Assembly (NCBI GenBank): GCA_004348925.1
Contig: RCMX01000006.1
Coordinates: 666,919 to 730,918 of the forward strand
Direction of reading: 5' to 3'
Length of the DNA stretch: 64,000 bases
Origin: Actinomycetota bacterium
GTDB taxonomy: Bacteria; Actinomycetota; Coriobacteriia; Anaerosomatales; Anaerosomataceae
The first letter of the stretch is position 1. The number at the start of each line of letters is the position of its first letter. A model generated the notes under the pieces. The model saw only the letters and a list, made by a program, of their open reading frames with translations. It did no database searches and had not been told where the DNA came from. This document shows positions 45,690-55,737 of the stretch, one piece after another. The translations under genes and the position numbers were made by a program.

Positions 45690-48047
45690 GTGAGCACCCC
45701 AGCATCTCCCACCATCCTCGTCGTCTTCGGCGCGACCGGCGACCTCATGGCGCGCAAGATCGTCCCCTCGCTCGCGTACCTCAAGGTGAAAGACCGCCTG
45801 CCCGAGCGCTTCCGCGTCATCGGCTTCTCCCGGCGCGACTGGAGCGACGCCGACTTGCGCTCGCATGTCGCGACTATCCTCGACGCCTACGAAGGCATCG
45901 CGCCCGCCGCCGAGGACCGCGAGGCGTTTCTCGGCATGTTCTCCTACCAGCGAGGTACGTTCGACGATGAGGACGCGTACCGGCAGCTTGCGGACGATGT
46001 CGAGGCCGTCGATGCGGCGTGGGGGCTGTGTGCAAGCAAGCTCTACTACCTCGCGGTGCCGCCCGAGAACTACCGTGTGATCTTCCAGCGCCTCTCGGAC
46101 AGCGGACTTGCCGAGCCATGCGACGACGGTGTCGGCTTCACGCGTGTGCTCGTAGAGAAGCCGTTCGGCAAGGACGGCAGCTCCGCGCAGGAACTCGATG
46201 AGCTTCTCGGCAGTCTCTTCGCCGAGGAGCAGGTGTACCGAATCGATCACTACCTCGCGAAGGAGATGCTGCAGGGCATCCTCTCCTTCCGCTTCAGCAA
46301 CGCGCTCTTCGAGCCATCGTGGGATGCGGGCTCGATCGATCACATCGACATCACGCTCCTGGAGTCGCTCGGGGTGGAGAAGCGCGGCGCGTTCTACGAC
46401 GGCGTCGGTGCGTTGCGCGACGTGGGGCAGAACCACCTGCTGCAGATGCTGGCGCTCGTACTCATGGACAAACCGGCGGACCTCTCGGCGGAAAGCATCC
46501 GGGCGAATCGCACCCGTTTTCTCCAGGACCTGAAGGCGCCCTCTCCCGACGACATCACGGCGCACTCGTTCCGGGCGCAGTACGTTGGCTACCGCGACAT
46601 CCCTGGCGTTGCCTCCGACTCCACCACTGAGACCTACTTTCGCCTGCGCTTCGCGCTGCACGGTGGACGGTGGGGTGGCGTGCCCGTCACGATGGAATCC
46701 GGCAAACGCATGGGCGAGGCGCTCAAGCAGGTCTCGGTCACCTTCCGCGCTCCGGAGGCCTGTCTGTGCGATGCCGAGGGACCGGGCCCGTACGAGAACC
46801 GCGTGACGTTCCAACTTGAGCCCGAGGAGTCCATCAAGATCCAGTTCTGGGCGAAGAAGCCGGGCTTCGAGCGCGAGCTCGAGCGGCGTGAGTTCACCTT
46901 CTTCCTGTACGAGAAGGAGGAGAAGGTCCAGTACGTCGAGGAGTACGCCAAGCTGCTGCTCGACGCGATCGCCGGCGACCAGACGCTCTTCGTCGCCACC
47001 GACGAGGTCCGCGCGATGTGGGCGTTCATCGACCCGTTCATGCGCGTGTGGGGGAGCGACGCCGTGCCGCTCGACAACTACGAGCCCGAGTCGGCCGAGG
47101 TGACCCGCCGTGCGCGCGAGAAGGTCGACGAGTCGCACATCGCTCGCATGGAGATCGGCGTCGTGGGTCTCGGCAAGATGGGCGCCAACCTGGCACGCAA
47201 CCTCATCGACCACCGCTGGCGCGTCGTGGGCTGGAACCGCACGCATTCGGTCGCCGAAGAGATGGAGGCCGAGGGCCTCGAGTCCGCCGCAACGTTTGCG
47301 GAGCTCGTGCGCGCGCTCAAACCGCCGCGTTCGGTGTGGCTGATGGTGCCGGCTGGCGCACCCGTGGATGACGTCATCTTCGGCGAGGGCGGTCTCGCGG
47401 AGCTGCTCGAACCCGGCGACGTCGTCATCGACGGCGGCAACTCGCACTTCATCCAGACGATCGAGCGCGCGCCGAGGGTTCTCTCGGCGGGACTGCGGTT
47501 CATCGACGTGGGGACCTCGGGCGGGCCGGGCGGCGCCCGGAACGGCGCCTGCCTCATGATCGGCGGCGTGCGCGAGGACTTCGAGCGCCTGGAGCATCTG
47601 TGGCGCGATCTGTCGGTGCGCGACGGCTACCGTTTCTTCGACGGGCACGGCTCGGGCCACTTCGTGAAGATGGTCCACAACGGCATCGAGTACGGCATGA
47701 TGCAGGCCATCGCCGAGGGATTTGCGCTCATGCGTCGCTCGGAGCTGGGCATTGACCTCGACGCCGCCGCCGAGGTCTACAACCGCGGCAGCGTCATCGA
47801 GTCGCGCCTTATCGGCTGGCTGGAGCAGGCGTATCGCGAGTTCGGCGAGGACCTGGAGGGCGTCTCGGGCACGGTCGGGCACACGGGCGAGGGCGAGTGG
47901 ACCGTGCGCGCCGCCGAGGCGCTCGGCGTGGACGCGCGCGTCATCCGCGACGCGCTTGAGGTGCGCAAGGAGTCCGAGACGAGCCCGAGCTACACCGGGC
48001 AGATCCTCTCGGCGCTGAGGAACCAGTTCGGCGGACATGCGCTGTGA
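45690..48047 (+). CDS. zwf-gnd: glucose-6-phosphate 1-dehydrogenase fused to short-form 6-phosphogluconate dehydrogenase
   Basis: N-terminal FGATGDLMARKIVPSL and RIDHYLGKE-like G6PD motifs. From about residue 490, MEIGVVGLGKMGANLARNL... is a Rossmann fold plus 6PGDH C-domain. Single ORF with no stop. GTG start after GGAGG. Confidence 0.8.
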   Translation: MSTPASPTILVVFGATGDLMARKIVPSLAYLKVKDRLPERFRVIGFSRRDWSDADLRSHVATILDAYEGIAPAAEDREAFLGMFSYQRGTFDDEDAYRQLADDVEAVDAAWGLCASKLYYLAVPPENYRVIFQRLSDSGLAEPCDDGVGFTRVLVEKPFGKDGSSAQELDELLGSLFAEEQVYRIDHYLAKEMLQGILSFRFSNALFEPSWDAGSIDHIDITLLESLGVEKRGAFYDGVGALRDVGQNHLLQMLALVLMDKPADLSAESIRANRTRFLQDLKAPSPDDITAHSFRAQYVGYRDIPGVASDSTTETYFRLRFALHGGRWGGVPVTMESGKRMGEALKQVSVTFRAPEACLCDAEGPGPYENRVTFQLEPEESIKIQFWAKKPGFERELERREFTFFLYEKEEKVQYVEEYAKLLLDAIAGDQTLFVATDEVRAMWAFIDPFMRVWGSDAVPLDNYEPESAEVTRRAREKVDESHIARMEIGVVGLGKMGANLARNLIDHRWRVVGWNRTHSVAEEMEAEGLESAATFAELVRALKPPRSVWLMVPAGAPVDDVIFGEGGLAELLEPGDVVIDGGNSHFIQTIERAPRVLSAGLRFIDVGTSGGPGGARNGACLMIGGVREDFERLEHLWRDLSVRDGYRFFDGHGSGHFVKMVHNGIEYGMMQAIAEGFALMRRSELGIDLDAAAEVYNRGSVIESRLIGWLEQAYREFGEDLEGVSGTVGHTGEGEWTVRAAEALGVDARVIRDALEVRKESETSPSYTGQILSALRNQFGGHAL

Positions 48048-48161
48048 GCGGCTGATGGCCACGCTGCATGCACGCCCACCGTTGGCGGGTGCACGCTTGC
48101 AGCTGAGCAATGCTGGATGCTAGGTTGATGGCGTCAGGATACCTGCGACGGATGTGAATCA

Positions 48162-49283
48162 ATGCTGAGACGACTGCCCGCCGCTTTGATGGTTACCGCC
48201 TTCGTGTTCTTCCTCTTCGGCGCGGCATCGACCGCGTTCGCGTTCAACGACGCAGGTTGGACGGGCGGAGTCACCTGCAGCAGCTGCCACCATCCCGGTG
48301 GTATGGCCATCGCCAACTACGGTCCGCACGGAGCGTATTCGACTGCGACACGGGCGTGCAAGACGTGCCATACCCTTCATGATGCTCCCGGTGGTTTGAA
48401 GCTTCTGCCTGGCGACACCGTCAAGGCCACATGCGAGGTGTGCCACGACGGCACCGGTGGCGGTGGCGTCTACGGCGCGATCGCCGCGCGCGGTCTGACG
48501 GTCGGCGGCAAGCACGGTATCGAGACCACATCGGTCGTCCCCGGCGGCAGCGCATCCGACGGCGGCAGCGCGACGATGGCCTTCGGAGGTGCGAACTCGA
48601 CGTTAACGTGTAGTGACTGTCACTCACCTCACGGGAGCGACTGCGTCGACCCCTTCCTCGGCGAGCGGCAGCGCGATGGGGTCGCAATTGGTCTCTTCGA
48701 TGTTTCAACTTCGAATCGACTGCTCAAGCGCCACCCAGGTGGAGCGACCACGGAGACGGTGCAGTACGGTTCTGACTGGTGCCTCTCGTGCCACCAGGGC
48801 CGCGCGTCGGGTCTCTCGGCGGTGCACAACCATCCCGCGGAATCGGCGCTCACGACCGCCAATCCCGCGTACTACCAGGCAGCTGCGATTCTCGGTACGG
48901 CTCCGTATCCCACAGCAACGACGGTCATCGGGTCTATGGGAGTCAACACGAAGAACGCGGGGTACAACCGCGCCTACCTCTGGCCGTGGCCCAGGACCGG
49001 TGCCCAAGCGGGCCGACTCCCCATCTGCCAGCAGTGCCACGAGGACACCCGGAACGTCGGGAGCCTGACGGCCGACGGCACGCAGGGCGTTCCGAGCGAG
49101 ACCACCATCACGGCCCAGTCGGTCGGTGGGCCGTCGGGCAACGGAATCAACCCGACTGACAACCCACGGTTCCAGAACTTCCCGCACGAGACGCAGGGGT
49201 TCCGGTTGCTTGTCGAGGCGGACACCACCTACTTCGCTGATGACCTTTGCATGAACTGTCACCCGGTGGTGGCGCTGCCGTAG
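48162..49283 (+). CDS. secreted heptaheme c-type cytochrome (paralogue C)
   Basis: Seven CxxCH motifs (CSSCH, CKTCH, CEVCH, CSDCH, CLSCH, CQQCH, CMNCH). Signal peptide ...AFAFND. Same conserved blocks as paralogues A and B. Confidence 0.85.
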   Translation: MLRRLPAALMVTAFVFFLFGAASTAFAFNDAGWTGGVTCSSCHHPGGMAIANYGPHGAYSTATRACKTCHTLHDAPGGLKLLPGDTVKATCEVCHDGTGGGGVYGAIAARGLTVGGKHGIETTSVVPGGSASDGGSATMAFGGANSTLTCSDCHSPHGSDCVDPFLGERQRDGVAIGLFDVSTSNRLLKRHPGGATTETVQYGSDWCLSCHQGRASGLSAVHNHPAESALTTANPAYYQAAAILGTAPYPTATTVIGSMGVNTKNAGYNRAYLWPWPRTGAQAGRLPICQQCHEDTRNVGSLTADGTQGVPSETTITAQSVGGPSGNGINPTDNPRFQNFPHETQGFRLLVEADTTYFADDLCMNCHPVVALP

Positions 49284-49298
49284 CAGTTCTCGGCGCGG

Positions 49299-51011
49299 CT
49301 ACTTCTTGATCTCGGCGAAGTGCGCCTGGTAGCGACCGCCGTTCCCCTTCAGGAACGTGTCGTATGGCGGCACTTCGTAGACGCGCAGACGGTTGTCGAG
49401 GAAGTCGCTGAAGATGAGGATCTTCCCGTCGTCGGAGACGTCGAGCGCGGTGCACTGGTTTCCGCCGATGACGGCGTCGAGCGGTTTCCCGCTACCCGCA
49501 TCGAACACCAGGATCGAGCCCCACTCGGGGCCGGGGATGTAGTACGACTTCGGGTTGTTCTCGCCCCGACAGCTCACGAAGAGCATCTTCTTGTCGGGCG
49601 ACAGGTCGATCGTGTTCGGCTTCTCGTCCACGTCGAGGAACTTCGTGGTCGCGCCGGTCTTCATATCGTGCACCCAGATCTTGTCGGCCGACATGTCCGA
49701 GATGAACAGCCGCCCGGTGCCTTCATCGGCCACGATGTGTCGCAGCGCGCCGCCGCTCTTGAAGATCGTGGTCATCTTCCCGGTGGCAAGGTCGATCTTG
49801 TCGAGGAAGCCGGAGTCGAAGCCGGCCACGTAGAGCGTCCTCCCGTCGGCCGTGGCGTACATGCCGCGCGGCGTGTTGGAGACGCCGATGCGCTTCACCA
49901 GCTTGCCGGTTGTGAGGTCGATGATCGATACGTCGTCACCCGACCAGTTGCTGGCATAGAGCGTCTTCTCGTCGGGGGAGAGTTGCACCCACTTCGTCCA
50001 GGCGCTGCCGCTCTTGAACTCGCGCAGGACCTTCCGCGTCCTCACGTCGATCTCGAAGCACTCGGCGGTCTCCATCTGGGACGTATAGGCGAGTGTCCCG
50101 GCCTTGTTGAAGATGACCTCCACCGCGCCGTACTTGCCGATGTCGACCTCGCCGATCTTCTTGCCGCTTCGCGGCTCGAAGATCTCGATCGACGGCGGGC
50201 CGTTCAGGATGCTCGTCCACGCCTCGCTCCCGTCGGGGGTGACCGAGACGCCCTTGGGCGCGCCTTTGGTGGTGATCGTCCCGAGGCCGTGCAGGACCTG
50301 ACCCTCGGGGTCCATGAAGAAGTCGAGCTCGAGCGGCTCGTCCAGGAAGACCTCGCGTGTGAACGTGTTGTACCCGGCCATCGCGACCGTGAGCGTGCAC
50401 TTCCCGGCCGGAGCCTGCTGCGAGAACGGCGCGGTGCCGGTGAGCTTCTCGCCCGAGGCGGTGGTGAGCGTGCAGGTCGCGCCTTCGGGATGCGTGATGA
50501 TCGATACCCCGAACGGCTGTGGCTTGAGGTCGTAGGTGAGCTTCGCCCTGCGCCCGCGCTTGAGCTCCACGTTTGCCGAGACCGGCTCGAAGCCCTTGCG
50601 GCTTACATTCACCGTGTAAGCGCCGGGTTCGAGGTCGGCGACGGTAAGCGTGCCGGATGCGGTCTGTGAACCGTTGAAGACGATGCTCGCATCGGCGGGC
50701 GTGGCGGTGATGGCGACCGACGCGGGACGCGTGAGCATCCATGCGGTCACTGCGATCGCGATGGCGAGCACCCCCACGACGAGCGCGACGAACCCGAACG
50801 ACACCGTGCTGCGACGACGGCGCCCGGCGAAGATCTGCGCGTCGTGCCTGGTGCGCGGCAGGGGCGTCCTGTGTCCGCCTCGGCCGCGCTTGCGTCCCGG
50901 GCCGCCCGAGATGCCTTCAAGCCGCCGCGACGACGCAGGAGGCGCTGCGTGGCGCGCTCGCGACGAACGCGAGCGCGACGACGGATCCCGCAGGCTTCCG
51001 TACTCGCTCAA
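49299..51011 (-). CDS. membrane-anchored PEGA-domain / YVTN beta-propeller repeat protein
   Basis: Arg-rich cytoplasmic tail, TM segment, two PEGA-like modules (PGAYTVNVSRKGFEP, PEGATCTL), then YVTN-type repeats (TLYASNWSGDDVSIIDL...). Confidence 0.65.
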   Translation of the reverse strand: MSEYGSLRDPSSRSRSSRARHAAPPASSRRLEGISGGPGRKRGRGGHRTPLPRTRHDAQIFAGRRRRSTVSFGFVALVVGVLAIAIAVTAWMLTRPASVAITATPADASIVFNGSQTASGTLTVADLEPGAYTVNVSRKGFEPVSANVELKRGRRAKLTYDLKPQPFGVSIITHPEGATCTLTTASGEKLTGTAPFSQQAPAGKCTLTVAMAGYNTFTREVFLDEPLELDFFMDPEGQVLHGLGTITTKGAPKGVSVTPDGSEAWTSILNGPPSIEIFEPRSGKKIGEVDIGKYGAVEVIFNKAGTLAYTSQMETAECFEIDVRTRKVLREFKSGSAWTKWVQLSPDEKTLYASNWSGDDVSIIDLTTGKLVKRIGVSNTPRGMYATADGRTLYVAGFDSGFLDKIDLATGKMTTIFKSGGALRHIVADEGTGRLFISDMSADKIWVHDMKTGATTKFLDVDEKPNTIDLSPDKKMLFVSCRGENNPKSYYIPGPEWGSILVFDAGSGKPLDAVIGGNQCTALDVSDDGKILIFSDFLDNRLRVYEVPPYDTFLKGNGGRYQAHFAEIKK

Positions 51012-51023
51012 GGCCCCTCCGCC

Positions 51024-51850
51024 CTAGCGACGGCCCTTCATCTTGCCGGTCATCCCGTACCATGACATGAGCGCGATACCGCGCGCCAGTCTCGGCCCTT
51101 TCAGGAGACTGTATATGCGCCCCGTTTCGCGCCCCGGTTGCTTGGCCAGTAGTGCTGCTGCTTCTCGGCCCACCACGTCGAGCGGCACGCCGAACGCCTC
51201 CAGCGCATAGCGCCAGTTGTCCTTGGTCGCCTCCAGGCGCGGGCTGCACGTGATGTCCACGTAGAAGTCGGTGGCCACCATGCCGGGCACGAGCGCGTTC
51301 ACGGACATGTTCGCGACGTCGCGGTTCTCCTCGGCAACGCTCTTGGTGATGCTCGCGATCGCGGTCTTGGTGGCGGCGTATGCGGCGGTGTACGGCGTGG
51401 CCTCGCCGCGGTAGCCGCGGCCGGTCATGTTGAGGATGTGGCCGCCGTGCTCGCGGAAGTACGGCACCGCCACGCGCAGGCCGAAGAAGTGGCCGAGCAG
51501 ATTGATGCGCACGATGTCGTCGAGCTCTTCGACAGACAGTTCGTCGAGCGGCCTGTAGCCCTCCGAGATGCCCGCGTTGTTTACCCAGGCGTCGATGCGC
51601 CCGTGCGTGGCGAGCGCATGGTCGAAGAGCACCTGCACCTGCCCGGCGTCAGCGACGTCGGCAACGATGCCCGAGGCCTTCCATCCGCGAGCGCCGAAGG
51701 CGGCGAGCGTCTCGGTGACTGCATCTGCCGAGCGCGAGGAGAGCACGACGGTCGCGCCTTCGGCGGCGCACGCCTCGGCGATCGAGCGGCCGATGCCGCG
51801 GGTGGAACCGGTGACGACGATGACCTTGTCGGCGAGCGGAGGAGTCACGT
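51024..51850 (-). CDS. short-chain dehydrogenase/reductase (SDR)
   Basis: TGSTRGIGRSIA cofactor motif and YAATKTA catalytic YxxxK. GTG start overlaps the LOG stop (GTGA). Confidence 0.8.
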
Positions 51851-52330
51851 GAGTCCCTTCGCGAAGAGTTCCTTCGCTGCGACGATCGCCGCCTCCGGCG
51901 TATCCGCGTCGATGATGCGGCCGGCCGCCCGAAGCGCGGGACCGGGGTCCCAGCCGACCACGATAACGGGCTTGCGTGCCGAGAGCGCGAGCGCGACCTC
52001 GGAGAGCGTCCCGGCACCGCCTGGCAGCGCGATGACGACGTCGCTCGAGAGCACGTTCACTGCATTGCGCGCGTCGCCCATGCCCGTGCGGATCGCGATG
52101 TCGATCGCCGAGGACGCCCGTGCCGCGTCGACGTCGGGAAGCACACCGACAACGAGCCCGCCGGCGTCTTTCGCGCCGTGCGAGCATGCGTCCATGACGC
52201 CGCTCGATCTGCCGCCGGTCAGAAGCGCCCACCCCTCGGCAGCGATCAGAGCGCCGAGGTGTCGTGCGGTAGCGCTGGCGGCGGGCAAGAGCGGCCGCCC
52301 CGAACCCATTACGCCGACCATCTTGAGCAT
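51845..52330 (-). CDS. LOG/TIGR00725-family protein (cytokinin riboside 5'-monophosphate phosphoribohydrolase-like)
   Basis: PGGxGTxxE motif (LPGGAGTLSE) and GVMGSG N-terminus. Confidence 0.7.
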   Translation of the reverse strand: MLKMVGVMGSGRPLLPAASATARHLGALIAAEGWALLTGGRSSGVMDACSHGAKDAGGLVVGVLPDVDAARASSAIDIAIRTGMGDARNAVNVLSSDVVIALPGGAGTLSEVALALSARKPVIVVGWDPGPALRAAGRIIDADTPEAAIVAAKELFAKGLT

Positions 52331-52373
52331 GTCGCACCTCCGAACCGATGGTAGCGCACTGGGGGGAGAAGCG

Positions 52374-52405
52374 GCAGGGGAGCCGCGTTGTGCCGGCTCC
52401 CCTGC
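52374..52405 (-). terminator. GC-rich hairpin downstream of the SIMPL gene
   Basis: 12-bp stem GCAGGGGAGCCG/CGGCTCCCCTGC. No clear U-tract. Confidence 0.35.
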
Positions 52406-52429
52406 GTTTGCGCCTGTGCGTGGGTCACA

Positions 52430-53155
52430 CTACTTGAGCTCGAACACCACCGTCACGCTGGCGGTCACGTCGAGCGTGCCGGCCTCGATCGGGACATTGC
52501 TCCCGCCCATCGCGCTCTTCGCAGCGTCCGCGTAGTAGATCGGTGGTGCGCTCACGCCGGCTTCACTGATGCTGAGCACGGCACCCACCGACTTGCCGGC
52601 CGCTTTCGCCATCACCTCGGCGCGGCTGCGCGCATCGGTGACGGCCTTGTCGATCGCGTCGGCACGCGATGCGGACTTCTCGGATAGCGTGAAGGTCGGG
52701 CCTGAGACTTCGTTAGCGCCAGCGGCGGTGCCAGCTGCGATGACGTCACCGATCTTCTCGATGTCCTTCATCGTCACGCGCACCTGCACGCTTGCCTGGT
52801 AGCCGGTTATCCGCGGAGTCTTGCCTTCGCTGTAGTCCTGCTGCGGATAGAGGTTCACGCCGCTCGTCTGGATGTCGTCCTTCGCGACGCCGGCCTTCTT
52901 GAGTGCTGCGATGATCGCATCGGCCTTCTTGGCGGCGTCATCGAGCGTCTTGCCGGCCTCGGTGCCCGTGGTGGTCACGCCGAAGTTCATCTCGGCTTGA
53001 TCGGGAGCGGCAACCGCTTTGCCTTCCCCTGTGGCCGTTACGGTGTTGAGCGCGCTTCCCGCCGGCGCCGAGACCACCTTTGTCGTGCATCCGCCGAGTG
53101 CTAGGGCGCCGACCACCAGCGCGATCGCGAGCACGAGCCACGTCCTGTTACGCAT
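52430..53155 (-). CDS. SIMPL-domain (DUF541) lipoprotein
   Basis: Lipobox LGGCTT. SIMPL-like sequence. Confidence 0.6.
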   Translation of the reverse strand: MRNRTWLVLAIALVVGALALGGCTTKVVSAPAGSALNTVTATGEGKAVAAPDQAEMNFGVTTTGTEAGKTLDDAAKKADAIIAALKKAGVAKDDIQTSGVNLYPQQDYSEGKTPRITGYQASVQVRVTMKDIEKIGDVIAAGTAAGANEVSGPTFTLSEKSASRADAIDKAVTDARSRAEVMAKAAGKSVGAVLSISEAGVSAPPIYYADAAKSAMGGSNVPIEAGTLDVTASVTVVFELK

Positions 53156-53289
53156 CGTGAGCCTCCCTTCAATGGGCGACCGACACCGGTCGCCGCGAGT
53201 TCTGCACTGGGTATGACGCCGCAGGCGTCTGACGGGTTCTCGGGGAAACGAAAGACCCCGCCGGATCTGGCGGGGTCTCGCAAGTGCTG

Positions 53290-53365
53290 TGGTGCGCCCT
53301 GCAGGATTCGAACCTGCGACCTCCCGGTTCGTAGCCGGACGCTCTATCCACTGAGCTAAGGGCGC
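53290..53365 (-). tRNA. tRNA-Arg (anticodon ACG)
   Basis: Manual fold. Anticodon loop CTACGAA. T-arm GGTTCGAATCC. CCA encoded. Confidence 0.8.
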
Positions 53366-53445
53366 GTGGGCCGTATAGGCTCACGTATCCTGCCATTGAG
53401 CGGCCGATGTGTCAATCGGATCGCCCCGCAGGAGGGATTATCAAC

Positions 53446-53538
53446 TGGCGGAGAGTGAGGGATTCGAACCCTCGAAAGGGCTTCAAGCCCTTTACTCGCT
53501 TAGCAGGCGAGCGCCTTCAACCGACTCGGCCAACTCTC
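53446..53538 (-). tRNA. tRNA-Ser (anticodon GCT)
   Basis: 93 nt with a long variable arm. Anticodon loop CTGCTAA. Acceptor GGAGAGT/ACTCTCC. Confidence 0.8.
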
Positions 53539-53596
53539 CGCGCCAATGACGCGCAAGTGATTATACACGGCGACGACGCGTGCGGCGACACGGACC

Positions 53597-54490
53597 TTGT
53601 ATCGGTTAAACACCACAAATGCGTGTCGTCTGAAGCGGCGACCGGGTATAGCATCAGAAGCGAGCCGCCGCTGGGGCGGTCCGAGGAAGAAAGGAACCGC
53701 TGTGTTGCCTGTAGTCTTGGGAGTTCTGTTTGTCATCGTGGCGATACTGCTCTCGGGTTTGCGTATCGCTAATGAGTACGAGCGTGCCGTCGTGTTCCGG
53801 CTCGGCCGGCTGATGGGGCTCAAGGGGCCCGGTTTGTACTGGCTGATTCCACTCGGTATCGAGACACAGCGCAAGGTGGACCTGCGGACCAACACCGTCG
53901 ATGTTGAGCGCCAGGAGACCATCACCAAGGACTCTGTGACGATCAAGGTCAACGCTGTGCTGTGGTTCCGCATCATGGATCCGGTCAAGGCCGTCGTGGA
54001 GGTTGCGAACTACTACGCCGCAACGTATCAGATCGCCCTCACGAGCCTGCGCAACATCATCGGTCAGCATCAGCTCGACGAGATTCTCCGCGAACGAGAC
54101 CAGATCTCGGCCATTCTGCAGGAGGTCGTCGACAAGGCGACCGACCCGTGGGGCATCAAAGTCGAGATGGTCGAGATGAAAGACGTCGAGCTGCCCGATG
54201 GCATGCAGCGGGCTATGGCGCAAGAAGCGCAGGCCGCTCGCGAGAAGCGTGCCCGTCTCATCAAGGCTGATGCCGAGTTCGAGGCGGCCAAGAAGCTTGG
54301 CGAAGCATCGCAACTCATGGCCGCGAATCCGCTCTCGCTTGAGCTTCGTCGCATGCAGATGATCACCGAGGTGGGTGCCGAGCAGAACACCACCACGATC
54401 GTCATGATGCCGAGCGAGTTCGTAAGCCTTGCCGACAGCATCGCGAAGAAGTTCAGAGCCGATACGCCGAAAGAGAAGGGCGAGAAGTAG
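53597..54490 (+). CDS. SPFH/band-7 (stomatin-like) membrane protein
   Basis: TM segment plus an SPFH domain. The true start is probably the GTG near 53700 (VLPVVLGVLF...), after an AG-rich RBS. Confidence 0.75.
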   Translation: MYRLNTTNACRLKRRPGIASEASRRWGGPRKKGTAVLPVVLGVLFVIVAILLSGLRIANEYERAVVFRLGRLMGLKGPGLYWLIPLGIETQRKVDLRTNTVDVERQETITKDSVTIKVNAVLWFRIMDPVKAVVEVANYYAATYQIALTSLRNIIGQHQLDEILRERDQISAILQEVVDKATDPWGIKVEMVEMKDVELPDGMQRAMAQEAQAAREKRARLIKADAEFEAAKKLGEASQLMAANPLSLELRRMQMITEVGAEQNTTTIVMMPSEFVSLADSIAKKFRADTPKEKGEK

Positions 54491-54555
54491 TCGCACCCGG
54501 CGAGCAGGGGCGGTGGCCGAGCGGTCGCCGCCCCTTCGGCGCTCCGGGAGGAGCG

Positions 54556-55737
54556 TCAGCCCGTGCGCTTCCGTTCGAGCGGGATGTCGAACCGGAACGT
54601 CGAGCCTTCGCCGGGCGTAGTGCATACGTCGATTCGACCGCCGAGCAGCTCAACGATCTTGCGGCTTATCGAGAGCCCCAGCCCCAGACCGGAAGTCTTC
54701 GCAGTATCGGCTATCTCGAGCTGCTGGAACGGGTCGAAGATTCTCTCGGCGAGCTCTGCGGGCATCCCGATCCCGGAGTCCGAGACTTCGAACCATGCGC
54801 GTTCGGAGCCCGAGCCGTACCGAATCGTCACCGACCCTTCCGGGGAGAAGCGCACGCCATTGCCGATGAGCCGGACGAGCACCTGGCGGACGCGGTCTGG
54901 AGAGGAGATGATTCGGACTGGCACCGCCGACGGCTCGATCGCGATGGTGATGCCCTTTTCGGCGGCGATCGGCCGCATGACCTGTGCCGCTGCATCAACC
55001 ACCCAGGCGGCGTCGAACGACTCGATCTCGTCGCCGGGAAGCTCCTGCTCGACGAACGCCATCTCGAGGGCGTCGTTGAGCAGGGCAAGCAGGTAGCGCC
55101 CGGACTTCCCGATCATCTCAAGCTGCGCGCGCTGTTCGTCCGTTACGTCGCCGGCCAGACCGTTCACCATGAGATCCGAGAAGCCGATGATGGAGTTGAG
55201 CGGCGTGCGCAATTCATGCGACATCGCCGAGAGGAACTCGGATTGGCTCGCCCGGAGGATCTCGATCTCCTCCAACAGCCGCTGTATCTCCTCCTGGACT
55301 GTCGCATTCGCCACGGTGGCGGGAACCGCCTGCGCGCGCTCCTTGCGCAAGGCGCGAATCTCGGTCACGAGGTCGCCGTTTATCGAGATGAGCTCGTCCA
55401 GGATGGCAGCATCGTTCTCATGTGATGGGGCGGCGAATACCAGGTAGCCTTCGCTCACCTTCGAGCCCGTGAGCCGAATGGAAACCGGACCCCCGGGGGC
55501 CACGACGTCTACCGGCCAATCGAAGGCGCGGCCACGCGACGCCGTCTCTGCGAAGAACGCGATCACGTTCCTGGTCTGGTCGGGGTAGACGATCGACGCA
55601 AGCGGGGCGCCCTCAAGCATCGGCTGAGCGAGTCGCATGTGATTGCTGATCACCTCGACGATCAGCCCCGACCCATCGCAGAGCACCGCGAAGCAGGCGG
55701 TGTCGTCTGACGGGCGCGTGTCCGGACCGTCGGTCAT
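54556..55737 (-). CDS. sensor histidine kinase (PAS-HisKA-HATPase), cytoplasmic
   Basis: H-box SHELRTPLNSIIGFSDL and G-box GLGLGLSISRKIVELLGG. ATGA overlap with the upstream B12-binding gene. Confidence 0.8.
   Translation of the reverse strand: MTDGPDTRPSDDTACFAVLCDGSGLIVEVISNHMRLAQPMLEGAPLASIVYPDQTRNVIAFFAETASRGRAFDWPVDVVAPGGPVSIRLTGSKVSEGYLVFAAPSHENDAAILDELISINGDLVTEIRALRKERAQAVPATVANATVQEEIQRLLEEIEILRASQSEFLSAMSHELRTPLNSIIGFSDLMVNGLAGDVTDEQRAQLEMIGKSGRYLLALLNDALEMAFVEQELPGDEIESFDAAWVVDAAAQVMRPIAAEKGITIAIEPSAVPVRIISSPDRVRQVLVRLIGNGVRFSPEGSVTIRYGSGSERAWFEVSDSGIGMPAELAERIFDPFQQLEIADTAKTSGLGLGLSISRKIVELLGGRIDVCTTPGEGSTFRFDIPLERKRTG

Noticed and set aside
51024-52337. 437-aa ORF spanning both the SDR and the LOG gene
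   Set aside because: The first ~165 residues are Arg-rich nonsense read through the LOG gene in another frame. The real SDR starts at the GTG at 51850 overlapping the LOG stop.
52374-52405. Strong GC hairpin as canonical rho-independent terminator
   Set aside because: Kept only as a low-confidence feature because there is no U-tract. It may function as a high-GC actinobacterial-style terminator, but this is unproven.
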